DNA from: Myxococcales bacterium | GTDB taxonomy: Bacteria; Desulfobacterota; Binatia; HRBIN30 | DNA: 64,000 nucleotides | Reading direction: 5' to 3' | NCBI GenBank assembly: GCA_037445065.1 | Contig: JBBILD010000008.1 | Span: 96,001 to 160,000 of the forward strand | Part shown: one piece after another, positions 19,168 through 27,997 of the stretch | How positions within the stretch are numbered: position 1 is the stretch's first letter | Layout of the letters: the number at the start of each line of letters is the position of its first letter | The notes under the pieces: model-generated | What the model saw: only the letters and a program-made list of their open reading frames with translations | Databases searched by the model: none | What the model was told of the DNA's origin: nothing | Position numbers and translations under genes: made by a program

Positions 19168-21177
19168 ATGGGAAAGGGATACCGGGGCTTGTTCTTGGTG
19201 CTTAGCTGTTGCGCGTTGGGGTTAGCGGGTCTCACCGCCAGAGCCTCGGCGGAATCTTGCGACAACGGCTCGTTTTCGAGCACGTTTGAGCTCATCCAAA
19301 AGGCGATTTTCGAAAACTCAGGGTGCACGAACCAAGTCTGCCACGGCGAAGCCCGTGCCGGTGGGCTCGACCTCCGTGAAGGTCAGTCGTACGCGCAACT
19401 GGTGGACGTGGACGCGACCACGGTGCCTGGTGCGAAACGGGTCGTGCCAGGGCGTCGTGATCTCAGCCTGTTGTTCACCAACGTGGCTGCCAAGACCTTG
19501 CCTGGCCAGTACCGAGCCCCGTTGCGGCCGATGCCACTCGATCCGTTGCCCGCACTGAGCTTGGATCAGCTCGAGGCTCTGCGCCGATGGATCGAGGCAG
19601 GTGCGCCAGCCACGGGCGTGGTCGCCGGCACCGCGGAATTGTTGGACGCTTGCTTGCCGCCGCCGGAGCCGATCGCGATCAAACCGCTCGATCCGCCACC
19701 GGCGGGGACCGGTATCCAGTTGCGCATGCCCCGGTACGTTTTGGCTCCTCACTCCGAGCGCGAGACTTGTTTCGCCAGCTACTACGACGTCAGTGATCAG
19801 GTACCGCCAGAATTCCGCGGGCCAGATGGCAACACTCTCCGCTACTGGCGCAACGAGATCCGCCAGGATCCGCTCAGCCATCACCTGATCGTCAGCCTTT
19901 ACGCTGGCAACGCCTCGCCAGACGACCCTGCGTGGGGCCAGTTCTTCTGCCGGGGAGGGGAGCGCGATGGCCAGCCTTGCCGGCCTACGGACCTGGCGTT
20001 CTGCGGCGAGGGCATTTGTTCGACCACCCCGGTGAACAGTGTTGCGTGCATCGGCTTTGGCCCTCAGGATGCCGATTTGGGACTCGCCACTGCGGGCTTT
20101 ACGGGAACTCAAGAAACGGCCTCCGAGTTCAATTTTCCTCCAGGTGTGTACCGCGAAATCCCCATTCGCGGCATGGTCATTTGGAATTCTCATGCGTTCA
20201 ATTTGACCGACCAGCCTGGGAAACTGGAGGCCTGGCTCAATTTTGAATTCGCCCCGCCCGAGCGGCAAATCACGCCAGCACTGCAAATTTTCGATACCCG
20301 CACGATCTTCAAGATGACGTCGGTACCCCCCTTCCAAACGAAAGAGGTGTGTAGCCACTACGAGCTCCCTCGCTTCTCGCGTTTGTTCGAGTTGAGTTCT
20401 CATGCGCATAAACGCATGAAGCGATGGCGAACCTTCGAGGGCAAATTCGAGTGCCAGGCCCCCGAAGGACACCCGGCGCGGGGCCAGGCGTGTGAGCCCC
20501 TGGGCTACGACTTCACCAGCCCGGATGTGTGTGCTGGCTACCCGTGCAAGGCCTTCAAGCGAGTGAGAAGCGGTGACTGTGACGAAGACAATACCGTCAC
20601 GGTTGATGAGCTCGTCCGGGCCGTGAATATCGCCCTCGAGAGCCGCGAGATCGGTCGCTGCGTGGATGCCGATGTTGACGACAACGGAAGCGTTACGGTT
20701 GAAGAGATCGTTCGCGGCGTGAAGGCCGCACTCAATGGAGTGCCCGCTCCCTTGGAACGGGATCCGAATGACAGCCTACTGTATGTGAGCCTCATTTATA
20801 ATGACCCGGTGGTGCTGCGCTTCGACCCGCCACGGAAATACGATGCAAGAACAGCCTCGGAGCGGACGTTTACGTATTGCGCGCTTTACGACAATGGTTT
20901 CACTGACCCAGCCGAGGTCAAGCGTAAGTCAACCTCACCTACACCCCCAGTTCCGATCCCTGGGATCGGTGGGCCGTGCCAGGCGCCCACCCACTGCGTG
21001 CGAGGGAAAGTGGGCTCCCCCTGTTCTGGCAACAACGACCGGCAGCGGAATGCTTCCTGTGATTCCGCCGAAGGCGCGGGTGATGGTCTGTGCGATGCCT
21101 GCCCACTCACAGGAGGGGTCACCACGGAAGACGAGATGTTCATCTTGATGGGCCAATACTTCGTCCAGGAGCCCTGA
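19168..21177 (+). CDS. Secreted multidomain protein: cytochrome c-like domain, PHM/DBH-type copper monooxygenase core, Cys-rich and dockerin-like inserts
   Basis: Signal peptide (ASA), CTNQVCH...GGLDL...RRWIEAGA, SHHL, NSHAF, SHAHK, TEDEM, paired DxDxDxxV loops. Confidence 0.65.
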   Translation: MGKGYRGLFLVLSCCALGLAGLTARASAESCDNGSFSSTFELIQKAIFENSGCTNQVCHGEARAGGLDLREGQSYAQLVDVDATTVPGAKRVVPGRRDLSLLFTNVAAKTLPGQYRAPLRPMPLDPLPALSLDQLEALRRWIEAGAPATGVVAGTAELLDACLPPPEPIAIKPLDPPPAGTGIQLRMPRYVLAPHSERETCFASYYDVSDQVPPEFRGPDGNTLRYWRNEIRQDPLSHHLIVSLYAGNASPDDPAWGQFFCRGGERDGQPCRPTDLAFCGEGICSTTPVNSVACIGFGPQDADLGLATAGFTGTQETASEFNFPPGVYREIPIRGMVIWNSHAFNLTDQPGKLEAWLNFEFAPPERQITPALQIFDTRTIFKMTSVPPFQTKEVCSHYELPRFSRLFELSSHAHKRMKRWRTFEGKFECQAPEGHPARGQACEPLGYDFTSPDVCAGYPCKAFKRVRSGDCDEDNTVTVDELVRAVNIALESREIGRCVDADVDDNGSVTVEEIVRGVKAALNGVPAPLERDPNDSLLYVSLIYNDPVVLRFDPPRKYDARTASERTFTYCALYDNGFTDPAEVKRKSTSPTPPVPIPGIGGPCQAPTHCVRGKVGSPCSGNNDRQRNASCDSAEGAGDGLCDACPLTGGVTTEDEMFILMGQYFVQEP

Positions 21178-21208
21178 GAACTCTCCTGTCAAGGAATGGG
21201 TAGGAACC

Positions 21209-21234
21209 GGGGGCTTCTTGCACGAGAAGCCCCC
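21209..21234 (+). terminator. Stem-loop downstream of the secreted monooxygenase-like gene
   Basis: GGGGGCTTCT-TGCACG-AGAAGCCCCC perfect 10-bp stem; only a weak U-rich tail. Confidence 0.5.
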
Positions 21235-21269
21235 AATGTTGGCATTTGTATCCTCGCATTGCAGAGGGC

Positions 21270-21299
21270 TTGCACCGCCCGCCGCCGCACAGGTAGTCT
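21270..21299 (+). promoter_or_regulatory. Putative sigma70 promoter giving a near-leaderless transcript for the small Zn-finger gene
   Basis: TTGCAC-18 nt-TAGTCT, 9 nt before ATG 21309; no SD sequence. Confidence 0.45.
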
Positions 21300-21308
21300 T
21301 CCTTCCCA

Positions 21309-21539
21309 ATGGGGCGAACAAGCCGCGGAAAAAAGCAAAGGAAGGACCGGAAGACGTGCCGCCTTTGCGGCGAGAGGCCGGCAAAGTACCGCTACAGGGA
21401 TCGCGTTCGGTACGACCCGCGACATGATTTGTGCTTTGCGTGCTGGCGGTCAACCCGCGATCGAGCGCGCGTGTTGCCGCCGCATACCCGGGTCGTCGAA
21501 GAGCCAGCGACCGAGGCAGTAGCCCGAATGACCGCGTAG
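21309..21539 (+). CDS. Small basic Zn-finger-like protein (CxxC-x21-CxxC)
   Basis: 76 aa, 'CRLC...HDLCFAC', Arg/Lys rich, upstream promoter-like element. Confidence 0.6.
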   Translation: MGRTSRGKKQRKDRKTCRLCGERPAKYRYRDRVRYDPRHDLCFACWRSTRDRARVLPPHTRVVEEPATEAVARMTA

Positions 21540-21973
21540 CCTCATGGCGCTACGCAGCATCGGGACTCGATCTCCGTGCCCTCGGTGTTCGCCCTGCCCC
21601 CGCGCGGAAGAACTGGCTGATGAGGGTACGGAACCGGCGGCCTGGGGACGAGCGTAGCCGTTTGTGTGCACCGCGGTTGACCGTATCTCCGGTAGCTCGG
21701 GAGCGCTCCCCTCTCAGGTCTCGCCCTACGACTTGGCCGCGGGAGGTGGCGAAGAATGGATTGCTCCCGTTGCCCCACTCGCATCACTGCCGTGGCCGCG
21801 AAGTACATCACCCCTCAACCCGGGAGCATCGAGCACAGCCCGAGCGGGCAGTGCTTCGCTCCGGGTGGAGATGCGCAAGGCTCGGCTCGAGCAGTCTTGC
21901 GGCTTTGAACGGGCAAGTACGGGCAAGCCCAGGATCGTTGCTGGTGCGGGCCCGCGAAGTCTCGGACTCGCGG

Positions 21974-23362
21974 TTACATGTGCCGGATCACCGCTTCACC
22001 GAATTCCGAGCACTTCACCTTGGTTGCCCCCTCCATCAGGCGGTGGAAGTCGTAGGTCACGGTCTTGGCCGCAATCGCTCCTTCCATGCCTCGGATGATA
22101 AGGTCGGCGGCTTCGTTCCAACCGAGATGGCGGAACATCATCTCCCCAGAAAGGATCACGGACCCGGGATTTACCATGTCGAGGTTCGCATATTTCGGTG
22201 CGGTACCGTGCGTCGCCTCGAAGATTGCGTGCCCCGTGACGTAATTGATGTTGCCCCCCGGGGCGATTCCAATCCCTCCGACTTGCGCGGCAAGGGCGTC
22301 CGACAAGTAGTCCCCGTTCAGATTCAGTGTGGCGATCACATCGAAATCCCGCGGGCGCGTGAGCACTTGCTGCAGGGTGATGTCGGCAATGCTGTCGCGA
22401 ATGAGGAGCTTTTCCTTCCACTTGCCATTGCCGTGGCTAGCCCATAGCGCGAGCGCTGCCTCGACTTCGGCGCGAACCTTCGCCTGCTGTTCTGCCGTCA
22501 TCATGTCGTAACCAGGATCAATGGCGCGCGCGTTTTCCTCGATGCTGAGATTAGGATTTTGTTCCTTGTTGGCGAGAATCCAGCTCTCCCGCTCGGTAAC
22601 GATGCGATCACGAAATTCTCTTTTCGCCAAAGCATACCCCCAATCACGAAAGGCCCCCTCCGTGAACTTCATAATGTTGCCTTTGTGCACGAAGGTCACG
22701 CTACGCCGCCGGTAACGCAGGGCGTATTCGATCGCGGCCCGAACCAGCCGTTCTGTCCCTTCGCGAGACACTGGCTTGACGCCGATCGCGCTGGTTTCCG
22801 GGAAGCGGATTTTCCGCACCCCCATCTCTTCCTGCAAAAACTGGATGACCTTTTTCACTTCGGCTGAGCCGGCTGGCCACTCAATCCCGGCGTAAATGTC
22901 TTCTGTGTTTTCCCGGAAGATCACCATGTCCACCAGCTCGGGGTGTTTGACTGGGCTGGGTACGCCGGGGAAATACCGGACCGGGCGCAAGCACACGTAC
23001 AGGTCTAGCAATTGCCGCAGCGTCACGTTGAGCGACCGAATCCCTCCACCCACAGGGGTGGTAAGCGGCCCTTTGATTCCAACCACGTAATCCTGGAACG
23101 CTTGTACGGTTTCGTCCGGCAGCCAGGTGCCGAGCTGATTGAACGATTTTTCTCCTGCCAGCACCTCCATCCAAGCGATTTTCCGCTTCCCTCCATACGC
23201 TTTCGCCACCGCCGCATCGAATACCTTTTGACTTGCCCGCCAAATGTCAGGGCCAGTGCCATCTCCTTCGATAAATGGAACGATCGGTTGGTCCGGCACC
23301 TCTAACTTGCCAGCGACGCAGCGAATCTTTTCTCCGGCAGGAACTTTGAGCCAGCTTGCCAT
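21974..23362 (-). CDS. icd: Isocitrate dehydrogenase, NADP-dependent type
   Basis: '[10 protein letters not shown]', '[17 protein letters not shown]', '[11 protein letters not shown]', 'NLNGDYLSD', '[11 protein letters not shown]'. Confidence 0.97.
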   Translation of the reverse strand: MASWLKVPAGEKIRCVAGKLEVPDQPIVPFIEGDGTGPDIWRASQKVFDAAVAKAYGGKRKIAWMEVLAGEKSFNQLGTWLPDETVQAFQDYVVGIKGPLTTPVGGGIRSLNVTLRQLLDLYVCLRPVRYFPGVPSPVKHPELVDMVIFRENTEDIYAGIEWPAGSAEVKKVIQFLQEEMGVRKIRFPETSAIGVKPVSREGTERLVRAAIEYALRYRRRSVTFVHKGNIMKFTEGAFRDWGYALAKREFRDRIVTERESWILANKEQNPNLSIEENARAIDPGYDMMTAEQQAKVRAEVEAALALWASHGNGKWKEKLLIRDSIADITLQQVLTRPRDFDVIATLNLNGDYLSDALAAQVGGIGIAPGGNINYVTGHAIFEATHGTAPKYANLDMVNPGSVILSGEMMFRHLGWNEAADLIIRGMEGAIAAKTVTYDFHRLMEGATKVKCSEFGEAVIRHM

Positions 23363-23400
23363 GCGGTTCACCTCGCGTTGTATTCACGGAATCCCTCGCG

Positions 23401-23429
23401 GCTATACCAAGCGACGCAAAAACTGTCGA
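23401..23429 (-). promoter_or_regulatory. Putative sigma70 promoter of icd
   Basis: TCGACA-17 nt-TATAGC with a TG extended -10 on the minus strand. Confidence 0.55.
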
Positions 23430-23600
23430 CGGCTGAGGTTGTGAGGGGCTGCTTGGTTTTCGCTTCGTCTTAAGCACTGCGGTTCTTTCCCCCTCCGAAC
23501 AAAGACTCGTGTGCGTCGCCCCGGTGGGGTGCGGAAGCCGGTGAACGGCTGGGAACTGGAACGCGATTCTCCGGCCGGTCTTGCGACCTGCTCGACGTGC

Positions 23601-25058
23601 TCACCGAAACCCGGCCGCCTGGTGCGGGTGAACAGCTTGCTCGTTCTGCCTGAGTTCGTTCCAGATCTTCTCCACCGCTTGCTGCCCGGAACGAACGCAA
23701 TCCGGGATGCCCACACCCTCGTATGAATTTCCGGCCAGCGCGAGCCCCGGGACGGCGGCTACAGCATCGCGAATGCGTTGCACTCTTTGCAGATGGCCCA
23801 CTCGGTACAGCGGCAAGCCAATCGGGTACCGGCGCACGATCGCGAGCTCTGGCGTTCCGCTCAGCGGGATCCATGTGCCAATCTCACTGATGGCAAGCTG
23901 GATCAGTTCGGCGTCCTCGCGCCCCAACAGCTCTTCTTGATCCGCGCCCCCATAAAAGGCCCGAAAAAGAACCTTACCGGACGGTGCGCGACCCGGGTAC
24001 TTCCGACTGGAAATGGTGCAGGCCCACAAGTGCTGCTTCTCGGTACGCGGCACGACGAAACCAAAGGTCTCCGGCATCTTCCCGACCTGTTCCGATGGGA
24101 ATGCCAAAGAGATGGTGAGGGAGGGAGTGGTCTCGATCCCAGCGAGCTCGGCGCGCAGCCGTGAGCAGGAGTCGTCCAACAACACCCCTGCTCTCCGGGC
24201 CGGCGTGGCCAAGATCACCGCGTCGGCGAGGAGGCAGCTCCCGTCATCCAAAACCACGCGCCAGCCTTTCCCGCGCTCGAGGCGACGGATCCCGATTCCG
24301 AGGGTAATCCGGGTGCGCCGCAGCGACTGCGCCAAGGCATCCACCAGTACCTGTAGGCCGCGGTCGAAACTCGCAAACAGATTCCAGCGCGCTCCGCTCT
24401 GGCGTGGGCCAGTGCGTTGGGCTTCTCGTCGCATGGCGAGAATCACACTGCGGTGCTCCTGCTCCATTTCTAAGAACCGAGGCATGGTTGCGGCGAGACT
24501 GAGCTCCTCAGCCTTGGCCAGATAGATGCCACCGATCAACGGTTGCGCCACGCGCTCGAGGGCTTCGCGGCCAAACCTGCGGGTTACGAAAGAGGCCAGA
24601 CTCTCGTCTGGTTGTCTCTGCGCGCGAGGTAAAAAGAGTTCGAGAGCCATGCGCGCCTTCCCGGCGAGGGTGAATAAACGACTGCCGAGCAGTGGGCCGA
24701 ACGCTGTCGGGGCCAGCAAGAGAAAGCCCGCGGGCAGCGGGTGCAATTTGCCATCTTGCGCCACGAACGTACGCCGGAACCTTTCCTGGGTGTGAACGAT
24801 GCGTGACTGGAGGCCCAGTTCGCTAGCGAGCTCGAGCGCCCATGGTTTGGCGGTGAGGAAAGAATCCGGCCCCGCCTCGACCAAAAATCCATCATGCTCC
24901 TCCGAGCGAATGGCGCCGCCCAGTCGCTGTTGCCTTTCGAAGAGTTGCACTTCGACGTCTCGCCCGTGTGCTTGGCACAACCTTTCCAGCCGGTAGGCGG
25001 CGGCAAGCCCAGCGATCCCTCCCCCGACGATGGCGACTCGCAAACGGGCCTCGGTCAT
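23601..25058 (-). CDS. hemY: HemY-type (proto/copro)porphyrinogen oxidase
   Basis: 'GGGIAGL' FAD motif, 'EAGPDSFL', 'QPLIGGIY', 'GNSYEGVGIPDCV'; TGATG coupling to hemH. Confidence 0.93.
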   Translation of the reverse strand: MTEARLRVAIVGGGIAGLAAAYRLERLCQAHGRDVEVQLFERQQRLGGAIRSEEHDGFLVEAGPDSFLTAKPWALELASELGLQSRIVHTQERFRRTFVAQDGKLHPLPAGFLLLAPTAFGPLLGSRLFTLAGKARMALELFLPRAQRQPDESLASFVTRRFGREALERVAQPLIGGIYLAKAEELSLAATMPRFLEMEQEHRSVILAMRREAQRTGPRQSGARWNLFASFDRGLQVLVDALAQSLRRTRITLGIGIRRLERGKGWRVVLDDGSCLLADAVILATPARRAGVLLDDSCSRLRAELAGIETTPSLTISLAFPSEQVGKMPETFGFVVPRTEKQHLWACTISSRKYPGRAPSGKVLFRAFYGGADQEELLGREDAELIQLAISEIGTWIPLSGTPELAIVRRYPIGLPLYRVGHLQRVQRIRDAVAAVPGLALAGNSYEGVGIPDCVRSGQQAVEKIWNELRQNEQAVHPHQAAGFR

Positions 25059-25996
25059 CACTCCCGCTCTGCAACGGCGTGGAACGCCTCGCAGACCAGA
25101 TCGGCGAGCATCCCGATAAACGCGGGATGGTCGTTCACGGTCTGCGCTCGAACGAAGTTCACTCCGACCTCCGCTGCGGTTCGGCGAGCGACAATGTCGA
25201 GGTCGTACAACACCTCGACGTTGTCACAAACGAATCCTACTGGCGCAACCACCACATCGGTGCTCCCTTGCTGGGCAAGGGCGGGCAAGAGCGCGTTGAT
25301 GTCCGGCTCGAGCCAGGGCTCTTGTGGATTTCCGCTCCGGCTTTGGTAGGCGAGGTGAAAGCGCGCGTGACCGAGGCGGGTCGCCACTGTTCGTGCCACG
25401 TCCAGCAACTCGCGTTCATAAGGAGCGTCTGCCGCCATTTCGAGTGGGAGAGAGTGTGCTGTAAAAACCAGTTCCGTGCGTTCCCACCGTTCGTGGGCAA
25501 TGGTCAGCAAGGCTTGCGCGACGCGGCAGGCGACCGCGTCGGTGAACCCTGGTTGGGTGGACCATGGAGGAACGTACTCGACCTCTGGGCAGCTCCCCTC
25601 CAACTGCTGGCCTGCCGCTTGCACGTCCGCCATGTAGCGATCCCAACTCGCAGTGCTGCGCAACGGCGAGAGAATCACTCCCACCGCGCGCCGCACGCCA
25701 TCCTGCCACATCTGCCGTAAGGTGTCGGAGATCCACGGGAACCAGTTGCGCATGCCAATATACACGGGGAGCGGCAAATCCCTCGAGGCGAGCTCCCAGC
25801 GTAATCGGTGAGCTTGCTTTTGCGTGAGCTCGAGCAGCGGAGAGCGTCCGCCGATCTGCGCGTAGTTTTGCTCTACTTGCGCCAGTCGTTCGGGCGGTAT
25901 GTTCCGGCCGCGCGCCACGCTCTCGAGGAACGGGCGAACTTCCTTGGGCGTTGTGGGGCCGCCGAAAGCGATCAACAAAACGGCGTCGTATGACAT
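25058..25996 (-). CDS. hemH: Ferrochelatase
   Basis: 'FGGP', 'IGGRSPL', 'GMRNWFP', 'FTAHSLP', 'YQSRSG...WLEPD', 'VEVLYDLD'. Confidence 0.95.
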   Translation of the reverse strand: MSYDAVLLIAFGGPTTPKEVRPFLESVARGRNIPPERLAQVEQNYAQIGGRSPLLELTQKQAHRLRWELASRDLPLPVYIGMRNWFPWISDTLRQMWQDGVRRAVGVILSPLRSTASWDRYMADVQAAGQQLEGSCPEVEYVPPWSTQPGFTDAVACRVAQALLTIAHERWERTELVFTAHSLPLEMAADAPYERELLDVARTVATRLGHARFHLAYQSRSGNPQEPWLEPDINALLPALAQQGSTDVVVAPVGFVCDNVEVLYDLDIVARRTAAEVGVNFVRAQTVNDHPAFIGMLADLVCEAFHAVAERE

Positions 25997-26014
25997 AGGA
26001 TGTCGCAGCTCTGT

Positions 26015-27055
26015 TTATCTTACTCGTCTGGCATTGGCAGCGCTCACGTTGTGCACAAGGTCGACGAGATAGCGGACGTGATCCACCGGTGTGACGGGCA
26101 AAATCCCGTGTCCCAGATTAAAAATGTGTCCGTGGCGGCCCGCAGCTTGGCGCAGAATCTCGTGAACGTGGTCGCGGATACTGTCTCGGTCCGCCAGAAG
26201 CACAACCGGATCCAAGTTGCCTTGGATAGCCCGGTCGTAGCCTATCCTCTGCCAAGCCACGGCTAAGTCGATGCGCCAGTCCACGCCAATCACACTTCCG
26301 CCTGCAGCGCGCATGGATTCGAGAAGGCCGCTGGTGCCAGTGCCGAAGTGAATGGCCGGCACTCCCTCCGGTAATGCCGCGAACAAATCCCGCATGTGCG
26401 GGAGCACGAAGCGCCGATAGTCCCACGGCGTGAGGCAGCCCACCCAGCTATCGAACACCTGCACGGCTTGTGCCCCTGCTGCAATTTGCTCGCGGAGGTA
26501 CGCGGCCACTGCGTTGACGAGTTTTTCCATTAAAGCATGCCAAGCTTCCGGGTATCGGTGCATGAGGTTTTTGGTGTGGATGTACGTGCGCGACCCACCG
26601 CCCTCGATTGCATAAGAGGCAAGGGTGAACGGAGCCCCGGCAAAGCCAATCAGCGGGATATGGAGGGCGCGGCGTGCGAGACGAACCGCGTCGTATACAA
26701 ACGAAAGCGCGGCGGGGTCGAAATCTGGCAAGCGGGAGACGTCGTCGGGTGTGCGCACCGGCCGGGTGAGTACAGGACCGTCCGCCGGAGTGAACTGAAG
26801 GCCCAGGCCGAGAGGCTCGAGCACCAAAAGGATGTCAGCAAACAGAATCGCTGCGTCTACCTCGAGGCGCTCGGCTGCTGTCACCGTCACTTCCGCTGCC
26901 GCTGCCGGGTCGTGGCAAAGTTCGAGAAACCCTAGCCGCGCGCGAATGGCTCGGTATTCGGGCATGTAACGGCCCGCTTGGCGCATGAGCCAGACCGGCG
27001 TGTAGGGCACCGGGTCGCGCCGGCAGGCTCGCAAGAATGTGTCGTTGTACGGCAA
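26015..27055 (-). CDS. hemE: Uroporphyrinogen decarboxylase
   Basis: '[15 protein letters not shown]', '[14 protein letters not shown]', 'QGNLDP', 'IFNLGHGI'. Confidence 0.97.
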   Translation of the reverse strand: MPYNDTFLRACRRDPVPYTPVWLMRQAGRYMPEYRAIRARLGFLELCHDPAAAAEVTVTAAERLEVDAAILFADILLVLEPLGLGLQFTPADGPVLTRPVRTPDDVSRLPDFDPAALSFVYDAVRLARRALHIPLIGFAGAPFTLASYAIEGGGSRTYIHTKNLMHRYPEAWHALMEKLVNAVAAYLREQIAAGAQAVQVFDSWVGCLTPWDYRRFVLPHMRDLFAALPEGVPAIHFGTGTSGLLESMRAAGGSVIGVDWRIDLAVAWQRIGYDRAIQGNLDPVVLLADRDSIRDHVHEILRQAAGRHGHIFNLGHGILPVTPVDHVRYLVDLVHNVSAANARRVR

Positions 27056-27136
27056 GGTACCTCTACAGCTACTCGCCTTTTGCGAGCCGGTAAAGGGCTG
27101 CTGGGCTTCTCAAACCTTTTGGCGCTCTGCCTCTGC

Positions 27137-27988
27137 CTAAGCCTGATTTTTCGTGGCCCACAGTCGGCGGCCGTGCTCGGCAACGAGTTGCACCAATGGC
27201 CCCATTCTCGGTGGGTCGGCTTCTAAGTCCGGTTCGATCCCGTGCGCCCGTAAGGCGGAAGAGCAAACAGGCCCCACAGAAGCGACCACGGAGCTCCGTA
27301 GGGCTCGGTTCCACGCCTGAGCACGTTCTGGCAGTTCTTCTTGCACAAAGTCGAACACCGCGTGGACTTGGTTGGCGCTGGTGAAGATCACGATTTCGAC
27401 CCTTCCGCTCAGCGCGGCTTCGACCCCCGCACGTAGCGCTTCGACGTCGCTGGGACGATCCCACTGGTACAAGGGAACACGCACCACGCGAGCCCCTTTG
27501 CTTGCAAGGCCGCGCAACAGCTCGTGGTTTGGAATTCCATACTCTTGCACTGCCACCGTTTTTCCAGTCAGTAGGTGTTCGCGTTCCATGAGTTCGAGCA
27601 ACTCGCGCCAGGTGTGGGGACTCGGGACGATATAGTCCGGGCTGAGCCCGAGCCCACGGAGGGCAGCGACCGGCTTGGGGCCGCGTGCCACCAGAACGGC
27701 GTGCCGCAGCGCTGCGGCCACTTCGCGGGCGCTCAATTCGGGCTCGACCTGCGCGACTAAAAAGCGAACCCCGACGCCGGTGAGGAGCACCACTACGTCA
27801 ATGCCTCCTCTCTCCAGCGTGGCGAGGTAGGAACGTAGCTCCTCTTTGCTCGCGGTGGCCACTTCGCGCATACTCGGTGCAGAAAGCGCTCGCCCGCCGT
27901 AGTGCTGTATCAGCTTGGCAAGCTCTTGCGCGCGCCGGCTTTCAAAAGCGAGTACGGTCAGCCCCTCTAGCCCACCGCCCTTTGGCAT
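27137..27988 (-). CDS. hemD: Uroporphyrinogen-III synthase
   Basis: 'FESRRAQE', 'LTGVG', 'ARGPKP', 'FTSANQV', 'SVGPVCS'; position in the hem operon. Confidence 0.88.
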   Translation of the reverse strand: MPKGGGLEGLTVLAFESRRAQELAKLIQHYGGRALSAPSMREVATASKEELRSYLATLERGGIDVVVLLTGVGVRFLVAQVEPELSAREVAAALRHAVLVARGPKPVAALRGLGLSPDYIVPSPHTWRELLELMEREHLLTGKTVAVQEYGIPNHELLRGLASKGARVVRVPLYQWDRPSDVEALRAGVEAALSGRVEIVIFTSANQVHAVFDFVQEELPERAQAWNRALRSSVVASVGPVCSSALRAHGIEPDLEADPPRMGPLVQLVAEHGRRLWATKNQA

Positions 27989-27997
27989 CGGTCCACG

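Noticed and set aside
21617..21660. CTGATGAG resembling a hammerhead ribozyme core
   Set aside because: No stem II followed by GAAA, and no matching cleavage-site arm
21431..22447. 338-aa plus-strand ORF overlapping icd
   Set aside because: Arg-rich, low-information translation, largely antisense to icd
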